Source: Flavobacteriales bacterium (GTDB lineage Bacteria; Bacteroidota; Bacteroidia; Flavobacteriales_C; CBFIFL01). From it: DNA of 64,000 nt. Both the position numbers and the translations under genes were made by a program. Below, piece after piece: positions 28,445-38,900 of the stretch (its first letter is position 1; each line of letters begins with the position of its first letter). Where the stretch lies: positions 4,614-68,613 of the forward strand of contig CBFIFL010000003.1 of NCBI GenBank assembly GCA_965661855.1, given 5' to 3'. Below the pieces are notes generated by a model. The model had not been told where the DNA came from. It made no database searches and worked only from the letters and a program-made list of their open reading frames with translations.

Positions 28445-29848
28445 ATGAGATTAGAAGACGATAATCAATCTACTGAGAACCTAAAAGAGCACTTGAAGAG
28501 AATCGAACAGATGCTTTCATCTGGAAACGAATACTACTTTGATACTGATGTTCTGTTAGAAATAGTAGAACACTTTCTAGATCAGGATGATGTGAAAAAA
28601 GCGAATAAGGTTATAGCTTATTCTAGAAATTTACATCCTACTAATGCTGACTTAATGTTGAAAGAAGCCGAGATTTTAATTGGCTCTTTTGCTTTTCAAA
28701 AAGCTTTAAGTCTGTTGAATCAAATAGAAAAAATAGAACCTTGGTCTGAAGATGTACATGTTTTAAAAGCAGAAGTATACGGTTACTTAAAAAGAGAAGA
28801 TAGTTGTATCGACTCGTATAAGAAGGCCTATGAGCTATCTGATGAAAAAGTTGATGTACTTTTCAGTGTCGCAAGGGCTTATCAGGATTTTGGTAAAATA
28901 GAAAAGTCTATCACGATTCTAAAGCAGATCTTGCATAAGGAACCGTTGAATGAACTTGCAATCAGTGAAATTACTTTTTGCTACGAGATTTTAGATCAAG
29001 CAAGGAAGGCGATTCCATTTCATCAGAATTATGTGGATGAGAAGCCTTTTTCAGATATCGCTTGGTATAACCTTGGAGGAGTTTTTAGTAGAGTAGAAGA
29101 GTATGAGAAGTCTATTGAAGCATATGAATATGCAATAGCTCTTTCACCAGAATTTGCTTCAGCATATTTCAATAAAGCGAATAGTTTATTTCATGTTGCC
29201 AAATATGAGGAAGCGTTAACGACTTATTTTGAAACATTCGAATACGAGACTCCTGATGATGTGACTTATTGTTATATCGGAGAGTGTTATGAAAGATTAG
29301 ATAGATTGGACGAAGCAGAAATATATTTTGATAAATCTGTTGCAGCCAACGAACACAATCCTGGGTCGTGGGCTGGAAAAGCAATTTGCTTATCTGCTAA
29401 AGATGAAAATGCTAAAGCTTTATTATGTTCTGCTAAGGCCTTAGAATTGGATGAATTGAATGTTGAGTTCTTGAAAATCCATGGAGAGGTACTGGAAAAA
29501 TTAGAACGTCATGATGACGCATTGGATGTTTTCAGAAAGATGATTGATGTAGAGCCAGAAGATCCAGATGCTTGGTTAGACTATGCAGCATTCTTTTACA
29601 GAAATAATTTACTAGAAGAGGCTTGTGAAGTATTGAAAGAAGGACTAATGATCTGTGATGATTGTGCTTCTGTTATGTATACATATGCTTCTTACCAGCA
29701 TTTAAGAGGTAATGAACAAACGGCAAAAGAGTATTTCGAAAAAGGACTATTAAGTGATTTTAATCAGCGTCAAGTATTCTTTGATTTGCTGCCTTATTCG
29801 AAATCAAATACTACCTTTGCTAACTTAGTTGAACTTTATAAAAAGTAA
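28445..29848 (+). CDS. Tetratricopeptide-repeat protein.
   Basis: Multiple W/LG/Y/A/F/A/P TPR-like heptad patterns; 467 aa. Confidence 0.55.
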   Translation: MRLEDDNQSTENLKEHLKRIEQMLSSGNEYYFDTDVLLEIVEHFLDQDDVKKANKVIAYSRNLHPTNADLMLKEAEILIGSFAFQKALSLLNQIEKIEPWSEDVHVLKAEVYGYLKREDSCIDSYKKAYELSDEKVDVLFSVARAYQDFGKIEKSITILKQILHKEPLNELAISEITFCYEILDQARKAIPFHQNYVDEKPFSDIAWYNLGGVFSRVEEYEKSIEAYEYAIALSPEFASAYFNKANSLFHVAKYEEALTTYFETFEYETPDDVTYCYIGECYERLDRLDEAEIYFDKSVAANEHNPGSWAGKAICLSAKDENAKALLCSAKALELDELNVEFLKIHGEVLEKLERHDDALDVFRKMIDVEPEDPDAWLDYAAFFYRNNLLEEACEVLKEGLMICDDCASVMYTYASYQHLRGNEQTAKEYFEKGLLSDFNQRQVFFDLLPYSKSNTTFANLVELYKK

Positions 29849-29850
29849 TC

Positions 29851-30648
29851 GTGAACAATTTTGAACTTCCTTTCATTCCAGAAAGATCTACAAAGCCAAG
29901 AAACAATGGTTTAACGATGATGATGGACAAGGGGTTAAGCTTGAGAGAAACAGAAGATATGTTATCTCGATCTGAAGACCTTATCGATATCGCTAAACTT
30001 GGATTTGGTACGTCATACGTGACGAAGAACCTGGAAGAGAAAATCAAATTATATAAAGACGCAGGAATTAAGTGTTACTTCGGTGGTACTTTGTTTGAAG
30101 CATTTATTGTTAGAGACATGTTTGATGACTATAGAAGGTTATTGGATAAGTATAACATGGAAATGTGTGAAGTTTCTGATGGATCAATTGAAATTCCTCA
30201 TGACTTGAAATGCGACATGATCAGCAATTTAAGTAAGGATTTCACTGTTTTGTCTGAAGTTGGATCTAAAGAAGAAGGAATCATTATTCATCCAAATAAA
30301 TGGGTGTCTATGATGAATACTGAATTGGAAGCAGGATCTTGGAAGGTTATTGCTGAAGCAAGAGAAAGCGGAAATGTAGGTATCTACAGATCTTCAGGTA
30401 ATGCACATACTGTATTGGTTAATAAGATATTAGCACAGGTTAATGGTGATGATATCCTTTGGGAGGCTCCTAAAAAGCCACAACAAGTTTGGTTCATTAA
30501 ATTACTTGGTTCTAATGTGAACTTAGGAAATATTGCTCCAAATGAAGTTATTCCTTTAGAGACATTGAGATTAGGTTTAAGAGGAGATACTTTCTTTTCT
30601 TTTCTACCTGAAGAGATGCAAGAAATGATTCAAAAACCTATAGAATAA
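29851..30648 (+). CDS. Phosphosulfolactate synthase (ComA/YitD family) homolog.
   Basis: N-terminus ...PERSTKPRNNGLTMMMDKGLSL...IDIAKLGFGTSYVT... is typical of (2R)-phospho-3-sulfolactate synthase. Confidence 0.65.
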   Translation: MNNFELPFIPERSTKPRNNGLTMMMDKGLSLRETEDMLSRSEDLIDIAKLGFGTSYVTKNLEEKIKLYKDAGIKCYFGGTLFEAFIVRDMFDDYRRLLDKYNMEMCEVSDGSIEIPHDLKCDMISNLSKDFTVLSEVGSKEEGIIIHPNKWVSMMNTELEAGSWKVIAEARESGNVGIYRSSGNAHTVLVNKILAQVNGDDILWEAPKKPQQVWFIKLLGSNVNLGNIAPNEVIPLETLRLGLRGDTFFSFLPEEMQEMIQKPIE

Positions 30649-30649
30649 A

Positions 30650-30973
30650 TTGACCATGAAAGAAATTTCAGTTGCTGAATTAAAAGCAAAAATAGACGCA
30701 AAAGAAGATTTTCAATTAATCGATATTAGAGAACAACATGAGATAGATATTGCAGAGATTGGTGGGGAGCATATTCCTATGAATGATGTAATGACTAGTT
30801 TGGATAAGATTTCAAAAGAGAAGCCAGTGATCATTCATTGTCGTTCAGGACAAAGATCAGGAGCTGTTGTTCAAGCTTTGGAATCTCAAATGGGATTCAG
30901 TAATCTGTACAACCTAGTTGGTGGAATATTAGCTTGGTCTGATGAGATCGATTCGTCTGTTGTAAAATACTAG
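30650..30973 (+). CDS. Single-domain rhodanese (sulfurtransferase).
   Basis: Active-site loop ...IIHCRSGQRSG... Confidence 0.75.
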   Translation: MTMKEISVAELKAKIDAKEDFQLIDIREQHEIDIAEIGGEHIPMNDVMTSLDKISKEKPVIIHCRSGQRSGAVVQALESQMGFSNLYNLVGGILAWSDEIDSSVVKY

Positions 30974-30974
30974 T

Positions 30975-31976
30975 ATGTCCAAAAAAAGAAGTTTTAAAGA
31001 AGGCTTAGGATTAAGCTTGAGAGGAATTCTTATGGGAAGTGCTGACGTTGTTCCTGGAGTTTCAGGAGGTACGATTGCATTTATTACAGGGATATATCAA
31101 GAATTATTGGATAGCATCAGTTCGGTAAATCTATCTGCATTCAAATTGTTATTAAAAGGTAAAGTCAAAGATTTTGCTGAGGCGATTAACTTTAAGTTTT
31201 TCGCTTTTTTATTGGCAGGAATTGCGATTAGTGTAGTCAGCTTGTCTAAAGTTATTTCAGGTATTGTTAATGAGCCAAAAGAAACGCAAGCCAAAGTGTT
31301 ATTATGGGCTTTCTTTTTTGGTTTAATTATTTCGTCTATCAACTATATGGGTAGACAAATAAAGATCTGGAATTGGAAAACGATATTGTCCGTTGCGCTA
31401 GGAGCAGTGTTTGCATATTGGATTACAATTGCTTCACCTGCTAGTGGAATAGAAGCTTCTTGGTATTACTTCTTGGCTGGGTTTATAGCTATTTGTGCAA
31501 TGATTTTACCAGGCATCTCAGGGAGTTTTATTTTGCTTTTAATGGGAGCTTATCCTGTTATTATGAAAAGTATTTCAGGATTGGTAGACGGACTAAAAGC
31601 TGCCGATATGGAAATGATTACTGGTCCATTAATGATCGTTGGGTTATTTGGATTAGGTTGTATTTCTGGTTTGTTGAGTTTTGCAAGGTTAGTTTCTTTC
31701 CTTTTCAAAAAAGCTCCTCAAGTTACATTGGCTGTGTTAACAGGTTTCTTAATTGGATCGTTAAACAAGGTATGGCCTTGGAAGGAAACAACTGAGTTCA
31801 GAACGAATTCTCATGGAGAAGAAGTTCCTTATTTACAAGCTAATTTATTACCAAGTGAGTTCATGGAGATACACGACGTGAATTACTTGACAATGGCTAT
31901 CGTATTGATGATACTAGGGTATGCCTTAGTAATTGGGATTGAGTTATTAGGTAAGAAAATGAACAAAGATGCCTAA
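30975..31976 (+). CDS. DUF368-family polytopic membrane protein.
   Basis: ...VVPGVSGGTIAFITGIY... and a repeated ...LPGISGSFILLLMG... motif. Confidence 0.55.
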   Translation: MSKKRSFKEGLGLSLRGILMGSADVVPGVSGGTIAFITGIYQELLDSISSVNLSAFKLLLKGKVKDFAEAINFKFFAFLLAGIAISVVSLSKVISGIVNEPKETQAKVLLWAFFFGLIISSINYMGRQIKIWNWKTILSVALGAVFAYWITIASPASGIEASWYYFLAGFIAICAMILPGISGSFILLLMGAYPVIMKSISGLVDGLKAADMEMITGPLMIVGLFGLGCISGLLSFARLVSFLFKKAPQVTLAVLTGFLIGSLNKVWPWKETTEFRTNSHGEEVPYLQANLLPSEFMEIHDVNYLTMAIVLMILGYALVIGIELLGKKMNKDA

Positions 31977-32718
31977 GTTCGGACTGATAGGAAAGTCGCT
32001 TTCGCATTCATTTTCACAGAAATATTTTGAAGCTAAGTTTCTTGAATTAGGATTGAATGATCATTCTTATGAGAACTTTGAGATTCCAAAGATTGAAAAT
32101 ATTCAAAATATCATTAAATCAAACCCTGATTTAAAGGGTTTAAATGTTACCATTCCTTATAAGACGGAAGTTATTCCATTTCTAGACGAATTAAGTGATG
32201 CTGCTCAAAAGATTGGTGCAGTAAATACAATTGAGATTCGGAGAAAAGGAGATAAAGTTTATTTAGTCGGACACAATACAGATGTTATTGGATTTAAAGA
32301 GTCAATACGTCCAGTTTTAAAAGGCTTTCAGCATAAAGCGTTAATCCTGGGTACAGGAGGAGCTTCTAAAGCTATTGAATATGTTTTTACTAATCTAGGT
32401 TTAGATGTACTATTTGTATCTAGAAATCCAAGTAAATCAAATGAAGTAGCTTATTCAGACTTGAATGAAATTGCTCTTCAACAGTTTTTGGTAGTAGCCA
32501 ATACAAGTCCTTTAGGAACATATCCTAAGGTAAATGAATATCCGGAAATCCCTTATCAGTTTTTAGGAGAAAGACATTTACTGTTAGACTTAGTCTATAA
32601 TCCTGAAGAAACGCTTTTCATGAAAAAAGGAAAAGAACAAGGAGCTTCTGTTAGAAACGGATACGCAATGTTGGTAGGTCAAGCCGAAGCGGCTTGGGGG
32701 ATTTGGACTAAAGGTTAA
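31969..32718 (+). CDS. aroE: Shikimate 5-dehydrogenase.
   Basis: ...FGLIGKSLSHSFS..., ...GAVNTI..., ...ILGTGGASKAI... Confidence 0.8.
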   Translation: MPKFGLIGKSLSHSFSQKYFEAKFLELGLNDHSYENFEIPKIENIQNIIKSNPDLKGLNVTIPYKTEVIPFLDELSDAAQKIGAVNTIEIRRKGDKVYLVGHNTDVIGFKESIRPVLKGFQHKALILGTGGASKAIEYVFTNLGLDVLFVSRNPSKSNEVAYSDLNEIALQQFLVVANTSPLGTYPKVNEYPEIPYQFLGERHLLLDLVYNPEETLFMKKGKEQGASVRNGYAMLVGQAEAAWGIWTKG

Positions 32719-32724
32719 GCAAAA

Positions 32725-33774
32725 CTATTTACCCGACTCTTTCTCGTCAATTATTCCTTTTTCAGATAATAAAATAGCAACACCTCTAGTAGAATCAAAC
32801 TGAGAGAATATCAAGATCATAATCATAGTGATTGGCACAGATAAAATCATTCCCGTAATACCCCATATAGCTCCCCAAAGTGTCAAAGATAAAATCGTAA
32901 CCAAAGCACTAATGTTCATAGAATTCCCCATAATCTTAGGTTCAATGAAGTTTCCTACTAAACCTTGAATTGAACCAACTAAAGCAAGTACGATTAAAGC
33001 TTCCTCGTAACCTCCGAATTGTAAAAGACAATATATTGCAGGAAATACGGTAGCAGCTAAAGATCCAACGTTAGGAATGAAGTTTAAAATCAGGATTAAG
33101 AAAGACCAAAAGACTGGAGAATCGACTCCAATTATTTGAAGGACAATAAAGCTTAAAAAGCTGGTGATGAAGCTGACGAAAGTTTTAAGTCCTAAATACT
33201 TTGCAACAGAACGTTCAATTCGAGTAAGTATACCATTAAAGGCCTCGTACTTCTCTTCTTCTTTAAACAATAAGTGAATCTTGTTTTTGAAGTTTGATTC
33301 TTCAAGAAAAACAAAGATGGTGTAAAGAAGAATCATGAATGCACTACCAAGAATATCTGTAATAGAGTTTAATATGGAACCCAGAATACTACCGAAATCG
33401 AAGTCTTGAACCTGAGCTTCCACTTTGTCCATGATATTAATGTCCAGAGTGGTGTTTAATGTATTAATCAGCTTGTCAATATTACTCTCGTATTTGTAGT
33501 ACGATTGGGCAATATCATTAATGTTTTCTGTAAGGATATTAGCTGCCAGACTAAGTATTCCGAAAAGGAAAACGGATACCAGCACGGTTTTAATTCCTGA
33601 AGGAATATACTTTTTGATGAAAGCAATCTTGTTCAATTGCTTTTTACATTGTCTTACAATGAACCAAAGTAATAGTGCAAATATGAATGGAATTAGTAAT
33701 TCTTGTCCGTAAATCAGTATAACAACGATTGAAATAACCGCAATGAAGAAATTGGATAATTTACTTATTTGCAT
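32725..33774 (-). CDS. AI-2E (PerM/YhhT) family transporter.
   Basis: Eight TM helices with the characteristic ...NFIPNVGSL... region. Confidence 0.7.
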   Translation of the reverse strand: MQISKLSNFFIAVISIVVILIYGQELLIPFIFALLLWFIVRQCKKQLNKIAFIKKYIPSGIKTVLVSVFLFGILSLAANILTENINDIAQSYYKYESNIDKLINTLNTTLDINIMDKVEAQVQDFDFGSILGSILNSITDILGSAFMILLYTIFVFLEESNFKNKIHLLFKEEEKYEAFNGILTRIERSVAKYLGLKTFVSFITSFLSFIVLQIIGVDSPVFWSFLILILNFIPNVGSLAATVFPAIYCLLQFGGYEEALIVLALVGSIQGLVGNFIEPKIMGNSMNISALVTILSLTLWGAIWGITGMILSVPITMIMILIFSQFDSTRGVAILLSEKGIIDEKESGK

Positions 33775-33943
33775 ATTCTTGAGTTTTCTTAAAGCGAAAG
33801 TAAGCGCTTAGACTCAAAAAAAATAAAAAAACTCATCCTTATTTAATTGAAACCCCGATTGTATTAGTTTACCATAAAAAAGATTTCAGAGAGGTCTGAA
33901 TAGAGGCTAGTCTTTTACTAACTTTGTATTTCACTCTATTATC

Positions 33944-35146
33944 ATGTCAAAAGGGAAAGTTGTTGTTGGTTTATCTGGAGGAGTTGATTCCTCTGTAGCT
34001 GCATACTTGTTGCAAGAACAAGGTTATGAAGTAATCGGTCTGTTTATGAAAAACTGGCACGATGACTCTGTTATCCTGGATACGGAGTGTCCTTGGGTTG
34101 AAGATTCAACGGATGCTTTATTAGTAGCACAAAAATTAAACATTCCATATCAAGTTTTAGATTTTGCTGCTGAATACAAAGAGCGAATTGTAGACTATAT
34201 GTTTGACGAATACGAAAAGGGTAGGACTCCTAACCCTGATGTATTATGTAATAGAGAGGTGAAGTTTGATTTGTTTTTGGAAGAAGCGTTGAAGCTTGGT
34301 GTTGACTATGTTGCGACTGGACACTATTGTCAGAAAGCAGAATCTGTTGTGGATGGCGAAACGATTTATCATCTAAAGGCTGGAGCTGACAACAATAAAG
34401 ATCAGAGTTATTTCTTATGTCAGTTAAATCAAAAACAATTGTCAAAAGCTCTTTTTCCGATAGGACATTTAGAAAAGTCTGAGGTAAGAAAGATTGCCAA
34501 AGAACAAGATTTAATCACTGCTGATAAAAAGGATTCTCAAGGATTGTGCTTTATAGGTAAGATACATCTACCAGATTTCTTAAAACAAAAACTAGCTCCT
34601 AAAACGGGTCCGATTGTAGAGATAGCTGCAGATCATTCCAAGTTTATTCAAAGACAGGATGAAATATCGACTGCTTCTGATTTGGACGGTTTAAGAATTG
34701 ATGCAGTTCCGTTTCATTATGAAATGGAAGATGGTAAATTAGTTGGAGAGCATACTGGTGCTCATTACTTTACTCCAGGACAAAGGAAAGGTATTGGGGT
34801 AGGAGGAACGAAGGAGGCTCTTTTTGTTTTAGAAAAGGATGTAGAAAATAATATACTTTTTGTTGGTCAAGCATCATCTCATCCAGGATTACACCGATCC
34901 GTGTTAAAAATTCAAAATAGTGACGAGCATTGGCTTCGTTCAGATTTAAAGATTATGGAAGGAGAAACATTAGCTGTAGAAGCTAGAATTAGATACCGTC
35001 AACAACTGGTTCCATCTCAATTACATCGCATTGATGGTGAGCTGTATATACACTTTTCTGAAAGTCAAAATGGTATAGCTGGCGGACAGTTTGCTGCTTG
35101 GTATATGGGTGATGAATTAATCGGAAGTGGAGTGATTCATGCTTAA
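33944..35146 (+). CDS. mnmA: tRNA-specific 2-thiouridylase.
   Basis: PP-loop [17 protein letters not shown]..., ...ATGHYCQ... Confidence 0.9.
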   Translation: MSKGKVVVGLSGGVDSSVAAYLLQEQGYEVIGLFMKNWHDDSVILDTECPWVEDSTDALLVAQKLNIPYQVLDFAAEYKERIVDYMFDEYEKGRTPNPDVLCNREVKFDLFLEEALKLGVDYVATGHYCQKAESVVDGETIYHLKAGADNNKDQSYFLCQLNQKQLSKALFPIGHLEKSEVRKIAKEQDLITADKKDSQGLCFIGKIHLPDFLKQKLAPKTGPIVEIAADHSKFIQRQDEISTASDLDGLRIDAVPFHYEMEDGKLVGEHTGAHYFTPGQRKGIGVGGTKEALFVLEKDVENNILFVGQASSHPGLHRSVLKIQNSDEHWLRSDLKIMEGETLAVEARIRYRQQLVPSQLHRIDGELYIHFSESQNGIAGGQFAAWYMGDELIGSGVIHA

Positions 35147-35227
35147 AGTCTAGGTTAATTCTCCTTTAAAGACTTCAATAATCGTTCAATTTTCAGTAGG
35201 TTTACGACGGTTTTTAAAACTTAGGAT

Positions 35228-35899
35228 TTGAATATTGTCATATTATTATTTGCTTATCTGTTAGGATCTATACCCAGTGCTATATGGGTGGGTAAGCGAT
35301 TTTATAATATTGATGTAAGAGAATACGGTAGCGGAAACGCTGGAGCAACCAATACTTTCAGGGTTTTAGGAAAGAAGGCAGGTATTCCGGTTTTGATCAT
35401 GGATATTATCAAAGGCTTTGTTGCTGTTAACTTCGTTAGACTTCAAGATTTTTACACAGTTGATGATTTAGGGTACACCAATTTACAGTTGATGTTGGGG
35501 ATTCTAGCTGTTGTCGGACATATATTCCCTGTATTTGCAGGATTTAGAGGAGGTAAAGGTATTGCAACCTTATTAGGTATTATCATTGCTGTTCACCCAG
35601 TTGGAGCAGGTGTTGCAATCGCCCTTTTCTTAGTCATTTTACTATTAACAAAGTATGTAAGTTTAGGATCGATGTTAGGGGCTGTGTCATTTCCTTTAAC
35701 AGTTATTTTAGGTCATGATGCTGTTGACGGAAGACTTGCGCCAGCCTTAATTATCTTTTCAATACTTATTGCCATTCTTGTATTACTGACACATCAGAAA
35801 AATATAGCACGCTTATTGCGTAACGAAGAGTCAAAAACTTATTTATTTGGTAAAAGGGATAAAGCGAGTGTCTTCGATTCAGAGGAAGATAATGATTAG
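35228..35899 (+). CDS. plsY: Glycerol-3-phosphate acyltransferase PlsY.
   Basis: ...GSGNAGATNTFRVLG... and ...GGKGIAT... Confidence 0.85.
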   Translation: MNIVILLFAYLLGSIPSAIWVGKRFYNIDVREYGSGNAGATNTFRVLGKKAGIPVLIMDIIKGFVAVNFVRLQDFYTVDDLGYTNLQLMLGILAVVGHIFPVFAGFRGGKGIATLLGIIIAVHPVGAGVAIALFLVILLLTKYVSLGSMLGAVSFPLTVILGHDAVDGRLAPALIIFSILIAILVLLTHQKNIARLLRNEESKTYLFGKRDKASVFDSEEDND

Positions 35900-35955
35900 T
35901 AACTATTTTCCGAAAGCCTCGTTATACAAGCCTAAATTGAACGTAAATTTTAAAA

Positions 35956-38900
35956 ATGCATAAAAAGCTATATCATATAGTGTTTTTGTGCCTTTTTGTT
36001 ATATCCTTAATTCCTAGTGAATTGAGGGGACAGGGTACTCAAGATTTTGAGAACGAAAAGGAACTCATAAAGGTAGCGGACAAACACTTCGAAAAAGAAG
36101 AGTTTGTATCGGCGCTTTTTATGTACTCTCAATTGGCGTCAACATATCCAAAAAATTACGAATACAATTATCGCTACGGAGTCTGTTTATTATACGGTTC
36201 TGAGGATAAATCAAGTCCCATTATTTTCCTGAATTATGCTCTTGAAGGTCCTGATGTTTCTCCTAAAGTCTATTATTACTTAGGAAAGTCTTATCATCTA
36301 AGCTATCGCTTTGATCAAGCCATTAAATACTATAAACTATTTGAATTGAAGTATGCTGAGAAAGACTTTATGAGGTTTGAAACCGATCGATTGATCCAAC
36401 AATGTGAGACGGCTAAGTCGATGTTGGATAATATCAAGGAAATCAATGTTTACGATAAAAAGACATTGGATGATAAGGAATTCTTTAGAGCTTATCGTTT
36501 AGAAGGTTTTAAAGGAAATATACTTGTTGTACCTGTTGAAATTCAGTCTGATTATGATATCAAGAAGGAGTTTAAAACAGTAACCTTCCATAATCCAAAT
36601 TATGAGTCCATTTACTTTGCTTCTAAAGGAAAGAAAGGAAGTGGAGGTTCTGATATATATAAGAGGAATAAACTGGTTACAGGTGTTTGGGGAGAACCAA
36701 TAGCTCTTGGAATGAATGTTAACACTCGTTACGATGAGAACTATCCTTTCTTACATCCGGATGGAGTAACGCTTTATTTCTGTTCGAAAGGACATAATTC
36801 AATTGGTGGATATGATGTGTTTAAATCGAAGTTAGATACTGCCACTAATATCTGGGGTAAACCAAGCAACGTAGGTTTTGCTATTAACTCACCTGGGGAT
36901 GATATTATGTATGTGACCGATGAGTTTAAGAACGCAGCTTATTTTGCCTCTAATCGTTCGAACAGACAAGGAGAGATTACAATTTATAAGATAACGAGTG
37001 ATAAGAAAACGAAGAATTATAAGGTTATCAAAGGTTTACTTAATCAGGATGAACAACCTTTAGCTAATTCAGAGATTACAGTATTTGATTCAAAGACAGG
37101 GGAAGTTGTCGGAGTTTATCAATCTGATTTTGACGGTGAGTACTATATAACCATTCCGGAAGATGTTACAGAAATCGTTTATGAAGTCAAACTGAGAGGA
37201 GAGAAAACGGTGAGACAAGAAATAAGCGGATTAAGCGATGAAGGCTACGAACAGAAAATATCAATTGATTCAGAGTCTTTATCAATGATCATTACAGAAT
37301 CTGAACCAATTGAAATTTCAGCTGATGATAAGGCCAATGCTTTAGCTCAGAACTCATCTCTGAATGTTAATCAAGCTGAAGATATCGCATTTAACACCAA
37401 GCCTATTAATTATAACGCTAATGAGGAGGAAGAGGAGGAAGAGGCTGAAGCGGTTGAGGAAGTCGAACAATCTGCCTTTTCTGCAGATACGGATTATACT
37501 ATTGATACCGATTCTGATTCTGATAATGAATCAGAATCAGAGTTTGTAGCTTCTAATACACAAATAGTTGACGATGCCTATCAAGATGCTGAAGAATCAA
37601 GGCTAGATGTTGAGAATATTAAAAAGCAGTTGGACGTTGCATACATGATTGCATCGGATAAGAATGAGAAAGCGAAAAGACTAGCTAGTGATATTCAAAA
37701 GTTAAACAAGGACTTAGAAGCAGGGTACGACGAAGAAAAGGCGATGGAAGTTTCTGCTAAAGAAGCAGAGCTTACGAAGCTTAAACAAGAGGTTTTGGTT
37801 ACTTATAATGTAGCTAAGAATCTAGAAGAGAACTACAAGAATAAAGAGGAAGAGGCTGTATTTGCACAGAAGTATGCAGACGATTTAAAGGAGGCTATTT
37901 CATTATCAAGTGCAGAAAAAGCAATTGAGATGTTAGAGTCGACTCGAGAAGAGTTAGACCGTATCTATAAAAAGAACAAGGATGCTTTTAATATTGATGA
38001 TTTAGGTGGTGATGCTGATGAGAAAATTGTATCTCTAAAACAATTGTCTCAAGATGTGGATTCTGAAATTAGTGCTATCGTAGAGGAGCAAACAGCTATT
38101 AAGCAAAGAGCTGAAGAAGAAACAGAGGATTATGTGAAGCAGTCTATTTTACTGGAGGCAGAAGACTTAGAAGAAGAGTTGATTACTTTAAGATCAAAGA
38201 AGTCCAAAATCGACGGAGAGTTAGCTTCTATTGAATCGGAACAACAACAATTTACGGAGAACCAAGAAATATTTGATGAGATTGCTTCAGCTGAATCAAG
38301 AAACTTCAGTATGGAAGAGATTCAAAAGGCTGAAGAGGCTAAGAGTGATTTAAGTAAGGATGTTGAAATCTACGCGAATAGTGAAACAACTGAAGACATG
38401 ATTGAGAGTTTAGCTGATGAAAATGAAGGAGAATTAGCAATAACATCGGATGATGAGAATCCAAGTTTGGATGAAATAAATGAGCATTTTGATGAGATAG
38501 AGGAGAAGGAAGAATTCAGTCCGGTTGAAAAACTTGCAGAGTTAAACGGTAAAGTGAAAATTCAGGAAAGAAGGTTGAGGTCTAAAAAGGAAGAATTGGA
38601 TATTTTGGAAAGTACACTTGAAAACGAAACAGACTTGAATGTTAAATCTGATATCTACAAACAATTGGTGATTCTAGTGAACAAGACAGAAGAAGAGATG
38701 GATCGTTTGAAGGAATTACAAGGGGATTACAATGCTTACAATGAACAGGAAGGTTTGAATCAGCCTGACTTAGAAATTAAGGAGACAGTCGTTGAATCGG
38801 TTGTTCTGAGTGATTCAGGGGAAATGATCGATTTTGATACTTTCTTAGAAGAAATAGAGGCAGAGCAATTAGCATCAGCGAATGCTGAAGAAAGTGAGAG

